From positions 32,001 to 96,000 of the IMG/VR virus record IMGVR_UViG_3300035502_001274: 64,000 nucleotides of DNA; one strand, 5' to 3'. The first letter of the stretch is position 1; each line of letters starts with the position of its first letter. Both the position numbers and the translations under genes were made by a program. The DNA is from a virus (taxonomy: Duplodnaviria > Caudoviricetes). The notes under the pieces were generated by a model that was not told where the DNA came from, searched no databases, and saw nothing but the letters and a program-made list of their open reading frames with translations. Positions 25,247 to 35,739 of this stretch are shown piece by piece.

Positions 25247-28200
25247 ATGAATAACTTTAACATGTCTCCCAACTGGTCTTCAGCGATGGAGATGATGTTT
25301 GAGTCCATCAGGCCCAATCTGCTCTATAATAAAACGTATATTCCTCTGCCAAGAGCTGGCACAACGCCTGTTCCGGAGGATGAAGCAGAACTGACTGAAG
25401 AGGTCAAGAAGCAGCAGGGCAAGGGCTCTGCCATATTCTTTGTGTGCCCCAGTTCTGAAGATACCATCAAGGAGATCCAGGCGGATTATCTGCGGTGGTA
25501 TATCGATATGTATCGCTGGTACACGACGGATACCTACTTCCGTCAGAAGATCGGCAAGAAGCATATCATGATCAACCTGAAACAGCAGACGAGAAGAGAC
25601 TGGAATAACACCAAGTTCCCTCATCCGCTTAAATACATGCAGCCCGTTCAGCGCAAAGCGATGCTGCAACGCAAGCCCAATATCCTGGTTGACCTGGGTG
25701 AGTGGACCAAGTTGTATTTCCAGTACAGCTACAAGGTCACGATCCCTGTCATCGTCAAAAACTATGTGTCCTTCATGGCCTCCAAGCTGAATGATGCAGA
25801 ATGGAACGGCTATCAGAAGGTCCTTTATATCCCTATCAACGTCTGGTTCACCGAAAAGCAGACGCCTCTTGGCTTCACCCGCAAGCAGCTGAATAACCCC
25901 CTGGCCATTCTGATGTTTGCGGCCTATAAGTTTGAAGATGTCTTGAAGCAGCTGCCGGAGATGACCATCATTCTGGGCGATAGCCACTATCACCAGTTCT
26001 TGATGTATCATACCTCCGACTTCACCAAGAAGAACTTCAATAAGATCAAGATGCGTCTGAAGCTCATGCGCGGCTTTAAGTGGGATGAATCATCCGAATC
26101 TCATCTGGAGGATACCTTCAGTGAAGAAGAGGAAGATGAAGACTCCGATCTGAATAATGGAGGCACCGTCTCCTATGAAGATCCCCGGTCTGTCATTCCT
26201 GAGGTGAAAGAAGACGCTACCGTCGAAGAGAAGGCCAAAGCCGAGCTCATGCAAGAGAATCGCGCTCGTCTAATCAACGACATGAAACGCAATCTGGTAG
26301 GGGGTACGGGTGTAGATACGGGGGTATCTCCCAAAATCGATAATTCGAAGAAAGTGGCCGCTCAGAAGCCGGCAACTGCCGAGGTTAAAACGGCCCCTTC
26401 TGCGAAAAATCCGCAAGTTGCCCCTAGTAAAAATCCTCCCGAAACTCCTACGAGGCCGAAGCCCGCTTCCAAGTCTAGTAATGATCCCAAGGTAAAGGAA
26501 GCAAAGAAGACGGTAGGCCAGCCTGTTCGTCCGACCCGCCCCGTCATCAATAAAATGGAAGATCTGACCGTTGATGATGAGATCTACGACGATGAAGATA
26601 TTGAAGATGAGCAGGAAGACACTACGCCCATCCATCTGGAGGACGAGGAGCTGGACGAACTCATCGAAGATGGCGTAGATGACGCCATCGCCGAACTTCA
26701 GGAAGAAGATCCAGAAGTTCTTCTGAATAAGGAAGGCGATCTGGATGCTTCCGACGTCGTTGAGAAGGTTCGTAAGAAGGTCAAGATGACTTACATGCCT
26801 CCTCACAGTGAAGAGGAGATCGCTCATATCAAAGAGCTGGAGTCTGAGCATAATAAGGTCATTCCCAAGATGCCCACGGCCCAGCAGGTGAAATCCAAGG
26901 TCATTACAACCACGGACTACTCCAAAGCCATCAAGACCACCAATAAGGCTATCACACAGTCCAAGTACGCCAACTTCGATAAAGACTACAACGAGAAGAA
27001 GTTGCAGGGTGATATCGATCATGCGGTGGGTGCTATGGCAGATGCTTCAATCAGGGTCTTTGTGACCAGTAAGGAAGAGGAAGATACTTCTACTCAGCTG
27101 GACCTGAAGAAGACCGTGACCTATCATCTGGAAGATGAGTGGGGCAATAAACATACCGTGAAGTTGGATATTCCCGTCATCATTGACGATAAGTATATCT
27201 ACATCAATGGCGCCAAGATGCTTCTGGGCCATCAGCAGATCATGATGCCCATCGTGAAGTCTGGTCCCAACGATGTGCAGATCGTCTCCTGGTATAACAA
27301 GCTGACGTTGCATCGGGAAGGCGTGAATGACACTCGTACCAGTGCAGTGAAGCGTTACATCGATACCGGTGGTAAAGACAAGTTCGGCCTGGTGCTGGGT
27401 AATGCCATGGCCAAGAACGCCGATGCTCACTATAAGTCCACCCTGGACATCGATATGTATGCCAAGCAGATCTCCCAGTTCAAGATTGGTCATACCCACT
27501 TCGTTCTGGATAGAGCTGCTCTTCTGGATAAGATCCAGAAGACCTATCCTACCATGGAGATCCTCAATGACGATGACCACATTCCTGTCGGCTATAATAC
27601 CGATCGGAAAGAGATGATCTACGTCACACCGCAGAAGACCTTGACGGACATCATTCTGGATCTGATGCCTCCCGACGCCAAGTCCAAGATCGTTAAGAGC
27701 ACCAAGGCACGGGAGCAGAAGATGCTCCGTACCAATGTGAAGATCATGAACCAGATGATTCCTCTGATTCTGCTGCTCTGCTTCTATGAGGGCTTCACGA
27801 CCGTCATGAAGAAGGCGGACATCAACTGGTTCGCTCTGAAGAAGGACAAGGACGGTATTGCTCCTGAGCTGGTCAATATTGACCGGTCCAAGTATGACGT
27901 TCTGGAATGCCAGGACAACTTCATCGTGTGGGAACGAAATCCCATCTGGAATACCATGCTGATGAATGGCTTTGCCCGGACAGACCTGACCATCTTTACG
28001 TTGGAAGAGCTGGATGATCGGGAAACTTTCGCCAATCTTCTGACGGCTTACTATACCTCTCGTAATATCGTGACGAGTTTGATGCAGTATTATGACTTCA
28101 TGATCGACCCTGTTACCAAGGAGATCCTGGAGGACTATGAACTGCCCACCGACCTGGTGGGTGTTGCTCTGGTTGGCAATAGGATGCTGGCTGATAACTC

Positions 28201-29968
28201 TTACACACCCATCAATAATGCAAAATCCTTCCGAATCAGATCCAACGAGATCATCGCCACAGCCGTTTATCGCTGCATTGTGGATGCCTATCGAGATTTC
28301 CGTGGAACCCAGAATCGTATGGGCCGAAATAGAAAGCCTGATCGCATCTCTGTGAAGCAGAACGCTGTCATTGATTATGTGACGAGAACTTCCTCTCTGA
28401 CAAATGAGGCTTCTATCCTGAATCCCATTCTGGAATTGGAAAAAGCTCGTGCAGTGACTCCTCGTGGACCTCAGGGTGTCGGCAAAGAAAGAGCCATGAC
28501 GTTGGCCAAGCGTGCTTATGATCCCTCTATGCTGGGCATCATTGGCATGACTACTTCTCCCGACTCCAAAGTTGGTGTCACGCGTCAGCTGACCCTTGAA
28601 CCCAACATCACATCTACCAGAGGCTATGTTCAGACCACCGATGCTGATCACCTGGATGATCTGAATAGTGCCAACCTGTTGACTCCTGCCGAACTGCTGT
28701 CTCCTCCTGGTGCACTGCATGATGACGGCCCTCGTACCGCTATGAGCTATAAGCAGACGGAATACATGCTGCCTGTGGATGGCTCTACGCCGGTCTTCTT
28801 TGGTAATAAGACTGAAGAGGTCATCCCGTACCATATGTCTCGGGAGTTCGTAATCACCGCCAAAGATGATGGTCAGGTTGTAGACATCAAGAATGGCATG
28901 GTGATCGTGCAGTATAAGAACGGCAGTTACGATTCCATCGATACCAACCCCAAGATGAAGAAGAACTCTTCATCGGGCTTCTACATTCAAACCCATATGA
29001 AGAGTGATTTGACTGAGGTTGGTCAGAAGTTCAAGAAGAATGAGGTCATTGCCCAGGACGAACGTGCCTTCAGTAAGAACACCAACGACCTGTCGGCTTC
29101 GATGAACATCGGCGTCCCGGTGAAGGTGGCCATCATTCCCAACTACGATATCTATGAGGACGCTGGTCCCATTACCCAGAAGCTCTCCGATAAGTTCACG
29201 ACCTACATGTCCATGCGAGAAGAAGCTGGTATTCCGGCGCAATCTTACGTGGAGAAGATTGTGGATGTTGGTCAGCGTGTGGAAGTGGGCGATCCTCTGA
29301 TTATCTACGATCCTGCCCATGAAGATGCAGAGACCAATGCGTTCCTGAACGAGATCCGAAGCAAAATGGGAGACGAGATTGGAGATCTGATCGATCTGCG
29401 ATCTATGCCCCAGGTGAGAACGGAGTATGCTGGTACCATCTCGGCCATTGAGGTATATACTTCAGTGCCCATGGAAGAGTTGTCTCCTTCCCTGCAGAAG
29501 ATCGTGCAGAAGCATACGGCCCATTCCAAAGCCGTCTCTTCTACCCTTGACAAGTATAAGAATGAAGGCGATCTGAAGTACTACAAGTGCAACCAGATCA
29601 TCTCCAGCACCGATGAAGTGGTCCAGCCGGACTACCAGCGGCGTGTGAAGGGTGTGAGAATTGGCGATGATGGAAGAGGTGTCGTCATTTTCTTCTATAT
29701 CCAGTTCAAGGATATCGCCAAAACCGGTGATAAGGGCTCGGCATTTACCGCCCTGAAGTTCACCACATCTCACGTCATTAAGAAAGGCCTGGAAGCCTAT
29801 TCGGAATATCGACCCGATGAGGAGATCTCGACCATCATTGCGCCGGGTGCCATCTTGGCTCGTAAGACACCCTCCATTCAGGTTACGATGTTTGCCAATA
29901 AGTGCATCATCGAGATGAAGCGACATGCCATGACCATCTTCTTTGACGATAAAGATCCCAATAAATGA
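25247..29968 (+). CDS. rpoB: Phage multisubunit RNA polymerase beta-like subunit (split; probably virion RNAP)
   Basis: RpoB-type motifs HDDGPRTAMSYKQ (cf. HDDANRALM..MQRQ), YEDA (cf. FEDS), GDK and APGAILARKTPS (cf. NPLGVPSRMN). Lacks the RpoB C-terminus and has a ~550-aa N-terminal extension. Late promoter; ATG at 25247 after GAGGTG. Confidence 0.9.
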   Translation: MNNFNMSPNWSSAMEMMFESIRPNLLYNKTYIPLPRAGTTPVPEDEAELTEEVKKQQGKGSAIFFVCPSSEDTIKEIQADYLRWYIDMYRWYTTDTYFRQKIGKKHIMINLKQQTRRDWNNTKFPHPLKYMQPVQRKAMLQRKPNILVDLGEWTKLYFQYSYKVTIPVIVKNYVSFMASKLNDAEWNGYQKVLYIPINVWFTEKQTPLGFTRKQLNNPLAILMFAAYKFEDVLKQLPEMTIILGDSHYHQFLMYHTSDFTKKNFNKIKMRLKLMRGFKWDESSESHLEDTFSEEEEDEDSDLNNGGTVSYEDPRSVIPEVKEDATVEEKAKAELMQENRARLINDMKRNLVGGTGVDTGVSPKIDNSKKVAAQKPATAEVKTAPSAKNPQVAPSKNPPETPTRPKPASKSSNDPKVKEAKKTVGQPVRPTRPVINKMEDLTVDDEIYDDEDIEDEQEDTTPIHLEDEELDELIEDGVDDAIAELQEEDPEVLLNKEGDLDASDVVEKVRKKVKMTYMPPHSEEEIAHIKELESEHNKVIPKMPTAQQVKSKVITTTDYSKAIKTTNKAITQSKYANFDKDYNEKKLQGDIDHAVGAMADASIRVFVTSKEEEDTSTQLDLKKTVTYHLEDEWGNKHTVKLDIPVIIDDKYIYINGAKMLLGHQQIMMPIVKSGPNDVQIVSWYNKLTLHREGVNDTRTSAVKRYIDTGGKDKFGLVLGNAMAKNADAHYKSTLDIDMYAKQISQFKIGHTHFVLDRAALLDKIQKTYPTMEILNDDDHIPVGYNTDRKEMIYVTPQKTLTDIILDLMPPDAKSKIVKSTKAREQKMLRTNVKIMNQMIPLILLLCFYEGFTTVMKKADINWFALKKDKDGIAPELVNIDRSKYDVLECQDNFIVWERNPIWNTMLMNGFARTDLTIFTLEELDDRETFANLLTAYYTSRNIVTSLMQYYDFMIDPVTKEILEDYELPTDLVGVALVGNRMLADNSYTPINNAKSFRIRSNEIIATAVYRCIVDAYRDFRGTQNRMGRNRKPDRISVKQNAVIDYVTRTSSLTNEASILNPILELEKARAVTPRGPQGVGKERAMTLAKRAYDPSMLGIIGMTTSPDSKVGVTRQLTLEPNITSTRGYVQTTDADHLDDLNSANLLTPAELLSPPGALHDDGPRTAMSYKQTEYMLPVDGSTPVFFGNKTEEVIPYHMSREFVITAKDDGQVVDIKNGMVIVQYKNGSYDSIDTNPKMKKNSSSGFYIQTHMKSDLTEVGQKFKKNEVIAQDERAFSKNTNDLSASMNIGVPVKVAIIPNYDIYEDAGPITQKLSDKFTTYMSMREEAGIPAQSYVEKIVDVGQRVEVGDPLIIYDPAHEDAETNAFLNEIRSKMGDEIGDLIDLRSMPQVRTEYAGTISAIEVYTSVPMEELSPSLQKIVQKHTAHSKAVSSTLDKYKNEGDLKYYKCNQIISSTDEVVQPDYQRRVKGVRIGDDGRGVVIFFYIQFKDIAKTGDKGSAFTALKFTTSHVIKKGLEAYSEYRPDEEISTIIAPGAILARKTPSIQVTMFANKCIIEMKRHAMTIFFDDKDPNK

Positions 29969-29972
29969 CACA

Positions 29973-30010
29973 TTAAGAGGATAGACAGTAGAAACTGTCT
30001 ATCCTCTTAA
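29973..30010. terminator. Intrinsic terminator
   Basis: TTAAGAGGATAGACAGT / ACTGTCTATCCTCTTAA 17-bp perfect stem. Confidence 0.8.
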
Positions 30011-30356
30011 CTTCATCAAATTCGATCGCCGTGGCCTGGCCTCCCAGACACATGCAAACAGACGGGTCAAGCCTGTCATATAGCGAAAAGGTCGCTTTCC
30101 TTGATGCATGGTAGCAACGTCACTGGAAGACCAGATCTCGCCACAGCGTATTTGATCGTTTACGCATTGCCAAATCGTCGACTGGAAGCACATACCTGGG
30201 AGAGGTGTGTAACGGAGACGAATGGTGGGACGTTTATCTCACTCGTTAAAGAGTATGAGCTAAACTTGGCAACACCTAAACGTTACTTTCTTGTATCCAT
30301 TTTCTGTAAATTCATGAATTTCTATTATGAATTGTAATTTCTTCTGTCAGAGCATC

Positions 30357-30368
30357 CATATATCATTT
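30357..30368 (+). promoter_or_regulatory. Putative early promoter CATATATCATTT
   Basis: The same 12-mer occurs on the minus strand at 41715-41726. Confidence 0.6.
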
Positions 30369-30421
30369 AGGTAGCAACTGAACCCAGTCCATAATCTTTA
30401 TAGTGAGGAGGGAAATATCCC

Positions 30422-31114
30422 TTGAAAGCAAGACCAAAATGGAACGTATATTTGGGGACGACCTATTTTTATGACGCTGATCACTTTCATTCGCCACAGT
30501 TGACGTGTCTATCTCCATCTTATGATGAAGTGTATAACTATCTGGCCAAGATCAGACGCATCCAGGTAGTCAATATCGATGATAGGTGTCCCAATCTCGG
30601 TGATGCACATGGTGTCTGTGCAGCAATCACCGCCGCTACCTTTGCCAATGAAGGCAATTATCAGGGCTTTGTGAATGACCCCAGCAGAACGCCATTCTTC
30701 CTGGTAGAATATGAAGTGCCCATTGACCGGCACATTGCAGGCATCTCCAAGAAGGACGCCAAGAATGCCATGATACCTCAGATCATCTTGGATATCATCA
30801 ACGATGAGGCCGTTCATTTCCGCACTGAACTCAATCAAGCAAACTACACGCTGAAGGAGCTGCTCTATTATCTCAACGGGTTAGATGCCACCAAGATGAA
30901 GATACAAGCGGACTCCAGAGCATTGGTACACGTCTGCGACATGATTGAGGACTTTGTGCACAAAGATGGCTATGAAGTTACCAAGGGCATCTACAAGAGG
31001 CATCCAATCCTCTTTTGCGATGAGCATGAGTATCGAAGCTACGTCACCAATGAACTTCGTAGCAGAGAGCTGGACGAGATGTACCATAATCGAATTGATG
31101 ACCCATATAGCTGA
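30422..31114 (+). CDS. Hypothetical protein
   Basis: 230 aa, GAGGAGG SD, TTG start. Confidence 0.75.
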   Translation: MKARPKWNVYLGTTYFYDADHFHSPQLTCLSPSYDEVYNYLAKIRRIQVVNIDDRCPNLGDAHGVCAAITAATFANEGNYQGFVNDPSRTPFFLVEYEVPIDRHIAGISKKDAKNAMIPQIILDIINDEAVHFRTELNQANYTLKELLYYLNGLDATKMKIQADSRALVHVCDMIEDFVHKDGYEVTKGIYKRHPILFCDEHEYRSYVTNELRSRELDEMYHNRIDDPYS

Positions 31115-31138
31115 TAACCCGTCAAAATGCGAGCGCAA

Positions 31139-31172
31139 GCCCCTAGTTTCGAATCTCTTCGAAACTAGGGGC
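31139..31172. terminator. Stem-loop
   Basis: GCCCCTAGTTTCGAA / TTCGAAACTAGGGGC perfect inverted repeat. Confidence 0.7.
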
Positions 31173-31465
31173 TGAGGAACTCCGAGCACGATATAACACG
31201 AACCCGATACAGAACGACGAATTCTATTATCGGGTGAAATCGGTCGTGGCGCACTATGATGCCAAAAATGATATTGCTACACGTTGCGTTGCCCGGGTTA
31301 ATTTCTTCCACCGAGACGTGCAGTACGTCGATTTGGCGCCGAAAGAAGTTAGAGAGGCTTCTTTGGCAGCCGACGCATCATGGTACACAATCCTTCACTG
31401 AATATATTTAAATGAAGTATCTATTTACGTGCATACTGATATGTACTCGGTAATTATTTTCCTAA

Positions 31466-32047
31466 TCACTTACCAGGAGGCGTCTGATATCCTCTCTTAT
31501 CTTTGAGCGCTGTGGGCTTCTTAGGCGTATATCTACTGTAGAGCTCGCTCAGTTCGTCGGTGAGCTTCTTAGTGTTCTCAATTCTCTTCCAGTAGAGTGC
31601 ATCGTTGGGGTCGGTACTGAGTAATGCCATGTGCGTGATGTATTCATAGAACTTGGACTCATCAATGCGCAAAGCTTTATCCAGCATGTAAGAGAAGTAG
31701 CCGTCCATGTTTCCCTGTTCCACAGCCATGGTCCAACCTGCAATACTTCTCTCTGTGAAGATGAGAGGTGCATCCAAGATGACGATACTCTTAGGCGGCC
31801 TTCTCGGGTCTTTACTGACCAGCTTTCCCTTGCAGATCAGGATGAAGTCCTGGTTGGGATGGTCCGGATCCAACTTAGCACCCATGGTGTCGTTGGCATA
31901 GATGATTTTCAGACCAGGAAACTTCTGCTTGAATTTACGAATCATGTCATTGAAGTACTGATCTCTGTTGGCAGAGATGGTGAGCGCTCTGCGGATGAGC
32001 GCATCGGAGTTGAGTTTCAATCCAACTTCGTCTTTCATACTTATCAA
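31466..32047 (-). CDS. Hypothetical protein
   Basis: 193-aa ORF with phage-like codon usage. Confidence 0.75.
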   Translation of the reverse strand: MISMKDEVGLKLNSDALIRRALTISANRDQYFNDMIRKFKQKFPGLKIIYANDTMGAKLDPDHPNQDFILICKGKLVSKDPRRPPKSIVILDAPLIFTERSIAGWTMAVEQGNMDGYFSYMLDKALRIDESKFYEYITHMALLSTDPNDALYWKRIENTKKLTDELSELYSRYTPKKPTALKDKRGYQTPPGK

Positions 32048-32101
32048 CCTCTGGACTTATTTGCAAAATCTTCAACCAAGAAAGGTGGTGAAATCTAGAA
32101 G

Positions 32102-33403
32102 ATGGGTCATAAGAAACGCAAAACGTATCTTCTCAAGCGTAATCATGTCTTAGAGAAGATCAAAGGACCTCTATCTCAGTTGAATGATAAAACGCTGGCC
32201 TCCTATCGATGGGTGCTAATTCCCATCATGAAGACGAGCGCGACTTATATCGCTGTGGATGCTCAAATAATGTCAACCCTAAACTTTGACAGGGCAGACA
32301 TTCGATTCCATATGAAGCTCAAGAACCTCTCCAGGGAAAATAACGCCAATAAAAACTTCATGGAGAATGTACTTTGGGATTACTACACAACCACCATCAC
32401 AGCTACCAGCTACGAAGAACTATACACGGCTCTCTATAACATCATGGAGTTCCGCTATGTGAAAGAACTCTATGGATGCTCCGATTCCACAGACTTCTTC
32501 TGGTTCATTGATGTGGTGGATTTGGAAGTGACGTTCTATAAAGGCCGAAAGAAAACAGGGCATTTCTTTGTGGAAGGTGAAAAGACCGCCGATGAAGTTC
32601 CCTTTGACTATGAAGTGGCCGATGCCATGGCCAAAGAGATCATTGATTACTTCGGCTTAGGCATTGTGACAGAAGATGGGAAACACGCCATGCCCAATCT
32701 CTACTTCCGTAAAGTGGAAGACGGCATGCGTTGGTATGAGCGAAATGGACCTGTGGAGATCTTCTCCAATATCTCGATGGTCTGCGCGGCTGATTATATC
32801 ACCAAAAGCTATGCCATCTGTAAGGCCGACGACTATGACCAGTTGGCGCGGATGAAGAACGCTTCGCTGTATCTCACACCCATTGACTTGAGCTATACCG
32901 ATGAGTTTGACCCTGAACTTCTCTCCATAGCAGCCTTCTATAAGCTGCCCAAGTATAACATTGGAGAGTGGAATGGGAATGAAGACACCTATGCCGAACC
33001 TGGAACCCAAGTCTTTCATGATTTGGGCTCAGCTTGCATTGATGTGGTCAATATAGAGGCGCTGGACGTCAACGACATCATTCATATGATAGACAGTCTA
33101 GGGTTCATTCTCAAGGTTTTCCATGAAGGAACGGCAATGCATATCGTGACCAACTCTGAGACCACAGCCGAGAAGTATGACCATTTGGAAGATCAAGATC
33201 TTTTCATGCCTACCAAGAACTATACGAAGGATCCACATCTCATGTCTACGGTCTTGGCCAATCTCGTTGTGGAGTTGGATTGTGGTAGAGACAGTCCACA
33301 GGAAGATCATCAGCTCATCATTTACACGGACATCTTTGAAGATGAGATGCCCAAGTTGAAGGAAGTCGCTTATTTGCTACGACTTGACGATCAACCATTT
33401 TAA
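32102..33403 (+). CDS. Hypothetical protein
   Basis: 433 aa, AAAGGTGG SD. Confidence 0.8.
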   Translation: MGHKKRKTYLLKRNHVLEKIKGPLSQLNDKTLASYRWVLIPIMKTSATYIAVDAQIMSTLNFDRADIRFHMKLKNLSRENNANKNFMENVLWDYYTTTITATSYEELYTALYNIMEFRYVKELYGCSDSTDFFWFIDVVDLEVTFYKGRKKTGHFFVEGEKTADEVPFDYEVADAMAKEIIDYFGLGIVTEDGKHAMPNLYFRKVEDGMRWYERNGPVEIFSNISMVCAADYITKSYAICKADDYDQLARMKNASLYLTPIDLSYTDEFDPELLSIAAFYKLPKYNIGEWNGNEDTYAEPGTQVFHDLGSACIDVVNIEALDVNDIIHMIDSLGFILKVFHEGTAMHIVTNSETTAEKYDHLEDQDLFMPTKNYTKDPHLMSTVLANLVVELDCGRDSPQEDHQLIIYTDIFEDEMPKLKEVAYLLRLDDQPF

Positions 33404-33412
33404 TTCTCAGCC

Positions 33413-33422
33413 AGATATCATT
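33413..33422 (+). promoter_or_regulatory. Putative early promoter AGATATCATT
   Basis: Matches the ATATCAT core upstream of the 33457 start. Confidence 0.45.
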
Positions 33423-33456
33423 AAGATAGTTACTAATACAAGGAGGAAATTACACC

Positions 33457-34251
33457 ATGAAACTGAAAGACTTGGACGACCTGAAGGACTTGGAGACGCG
33501 ATTCAATGACCCCGTCTCCATCCTCTTCGATGATGACGAGGATAAGCCCAAGAAGAAAAAGAAGAAAGACAAGGAAAAGAAGAAAGAGAAGAGCGAAAGC
33601 GGCTCTGACAGCTACAAGGAGAGCCTGAAAGAGCTCTCCAAGAAAGAGCTCCGCAAGAAGGCGGAAAAGATGGGCATTGACCTGTCCGACGTCGACACCG
33701 ACAGCAAGAAGGCCATGCGGAAAGCCATTATGAAAGTCCGCAATAAGGCCGTCAAACCTGAGCAGGTCTGGGACGGCACCGATGAAGTCAAAGAATCTCT
33801 GAAGCCGGCCGGTAAACTCAAGCAGGTGGATCCTCGCCCTCCCTACTACTATGATGAGGACAGTGAGGACTTCGTGATTGCCAAGGCGTTGGAGACCGAT
33901 GACATGGCTTGCTTCCAGGCCATGCGGTCTCTGGGCAAGATGCGCCAGGAGAAGCGGCCCGATGATGGGTTTGGTGAGCTCATGGAGCGCATCACCCAGA
34001 AGATCAACGAGGTTGACGTCAAGCAGTTGGAAGCCCCGGCCAAGAAGGAGTCCCACAAGGACGCCATTGACGTCGAGTATCGGGAAGTCAAAGATGAGAA
34101 GCCTCTGAAAGATACCCAGCGGAGCGCCGAAGCTGTTGAGCTGAGCCCTGAAGAAGTGGCCAAGTTCGCCGAGGACGTGGATAAGGCCCTCAGCGCCATC
34201 CAAGATAAGAAGAGCGATGGCCAGCCCCAGAAGAAGAGAAAGAAGAAGTAA
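33457..34251 (+). CDS. Highly charged Lys-rich protein with a Rho-N/HeH-like nucleic-acid-binding motif
   Basis: LKELSKKELRKKAEKMGID...SKKAMRKAI resembles the Rho N-terminal helix-extension-helix. AAGGAGG SD. Confidence 0.5.
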   Translation: MKLKDLDDLKDLETRFNDPVSILFDDDEDKPKKKKKKDKEKKKEKSESGSDSYKESLKELSKKELRKKAEKMGIDLSDVDTDSKKAMRKAIMKVRNKAVKPEQVWDGTDEVKESLKPAGKLKQVDPRPPYYYDEDSEDFVIAKALETDDMACFQAMRSLGKMRQEKRPDDGFGELMERITQKINEVDVKQLEAPAKKESHKDAIDVEYREVKDEKPLKDTQRSAEAVELSPEEVAKFAEDVDKALSAIQDKKSDGQPQKKRKKK

Positions 34252-34372
34252 TCTGCGGGCTACTTAAAACCGTTTACCAAGCGGGCACTAATCGGAGCAA
34301 TTTCCAAGTGGAGAGGGAAAGTGACGATACCGATTAGTGCCCGCTGGTAATTCATAAGGAGACAGATTAGAC

Positions 34373-35476
34373 GTGATATTTTTATTCAAGGATCATACTT
34401 ACAAGGTCTACAGCGTGATGATGGATGACCATAAATTGGCCAAGAAGTTCCATAAAGATCGCAAGAAGATCGAAGCAGTGTTGGTCGAATGCGCCACCGA
34501 TTGCCACAGCGATGTGTATACTGTGGTGAAAGCGGAGCATTTCAAGACCAACTTCAGACCCTTTAGCATCAAGTACACCATTGGACTCTATGATGTGGAA
34601 AGCCCGCTCGATGAGCAGCAGTCCATCACTAGAACGCTCCACATTGACACCATCTTGGACTACTACAATGCGACAGCCCTCATATATCAGATGCTCTACA
34701 CGGACAACGTTGGTGACATGCTGTCCATTGGGGACCGCAGAGTGACCATCGGCTCTCTGTCAATAGAGACGGGACGAGATAGCATCAAGTGGGATAGCGA
34801 TGGTGAAAACCTGATAGACTTCCTTGCCCGTAATGAAATGGTCTGCGACACGGACAAGTTTCTGGACGCTTCCATTCCCAAGGACTTGGCAATAGAAGAG
34901 GGCGCATATGTAACCCGTTATGATAAGTCCACGGGCAAGCACCAGATGATGTACTATTACCATGATAAGAAGTATTTCCTTTGCATGTATAATGGCAAAT
35001 GGGAATTGAGCTTAGATAGACCGACCCTAAGAGTGGTAGCAGAGGGTGCCATCAGTGTCTATGGTATCTGCATGAATAGCACCGGCTTGCTCTATTTGGC
35101 AAATGATCAGATTGCAGTATCCCTCTATAACTGTGACAGCATCAGCCTCATTGTGGAGCTTGGAGAGTGGTATAATGAAAACCACATCTGGCTCTGCGAT
35201 AAAGAGAAAGTCGCATTGACCTATGAGGGCTGGAATATGGAGGACATTCTCTACATGGGCCTGTATCTCCCACAGATTTGGGACATCGATCGATATCTTA
35301 ATGATATTTCACCGGTCTTTCTATCGGCTGAGTTTGTGCATAATAAGCACTACACCAAGAGAGGCGAGTACCATATCCCTCATAGAGCAGCCGATTTGGG
35401 ATTGGAATTGGATTTACTTGCGATTTTCTCGATGATCTTGACTTCCCAGTCGGAGGATATCTCCTTTGATGATTAG
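34373..35476 (+). CDS. Hypothetical protein
   Basis: 367 aa, AAGGAG SD, GTG start. Confidence 0.75.
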   Translation: MIFLFKDHTYKVYSVMMDDHKLAKKFHKDRKKIEAVLVECATDCHSDVYTVVKAEHFKTNFRPFSIKYTIGLYDVESPLDEQQSITRTLHIDTILDYYNATALIYQMLYTDNVGDMLSIGDRRVTIGSLSIETGRDSIKWDSDGENLIDFLARNEMVCDTDKFLDASIPKDLAIEEGAYVTRYDKSTGKHQMMYYYHDKKYFLCMYNGKWELSLDRPTLRVVAEGAISVYGICMNSTGLLYLANDQIAVSLYNCDSISLIVELGEWYNENHIWLCDKEKVALTYEGWNMEDILYMGLYLPQIWDIDRYLNDISPVFLSAEFVHNKHYTKRGEYHIPHRAADLGLELDLLAIFSMILTSQSEDISFDD

Positions 35477-35526
35477 ACGATCGACATCTTGGTAATTGTC
35501 AAGACTACACAGAAAGCGGTGAATTC

Positions 35527-35739
35527 ATGAAAGACAAGAAGGACCAGAGTGTCGTCCGATCGATCATCAACCCCGAATTCATGGGAATGAGTCCGGCGGA
35601 GATGAACGAGTTTGACGGCATGATCGACAAGCTGGAGAAGGAGTCTCTCAGAAAACTGGAGAAAGCTGACGTACGAAAGAACGATGCTTATCTGAAAGAT
35701 GACATCGTGGAGACCGAGAAGGGCGGTGAGTCCACATGA
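35527..35739 (+). CDS. Small hypothetical protein
   Basis: 70 aa; ATGA overlap with the next gene. Confidence 0.65.
   Translation: MKDKKDQSVVRSIINPEFMGMSPAEMNEFDGMIDKLEKESLRKLEKADVRKNDAYLKDDIVETEKGGEST

Noticed and set aside
25247-29968. Group I intron or intein in the RNAP gene, as seen in AR9
   Set aside because: The frame is continuous, with no Hint or homing-endonuclease motifs recognised.
29999-30337. ORFs 29999-30193 and 30101-30337
   Set aside because: No SD and they overlap hairpins; the region is better explained as non-coding.
32102-35476. Paralogy between the 433-aa and 367-aa hypothetical proteins
   Set aside because: Only a weak TALY/TALIY resemblance, which cannot be supported without an alignment.
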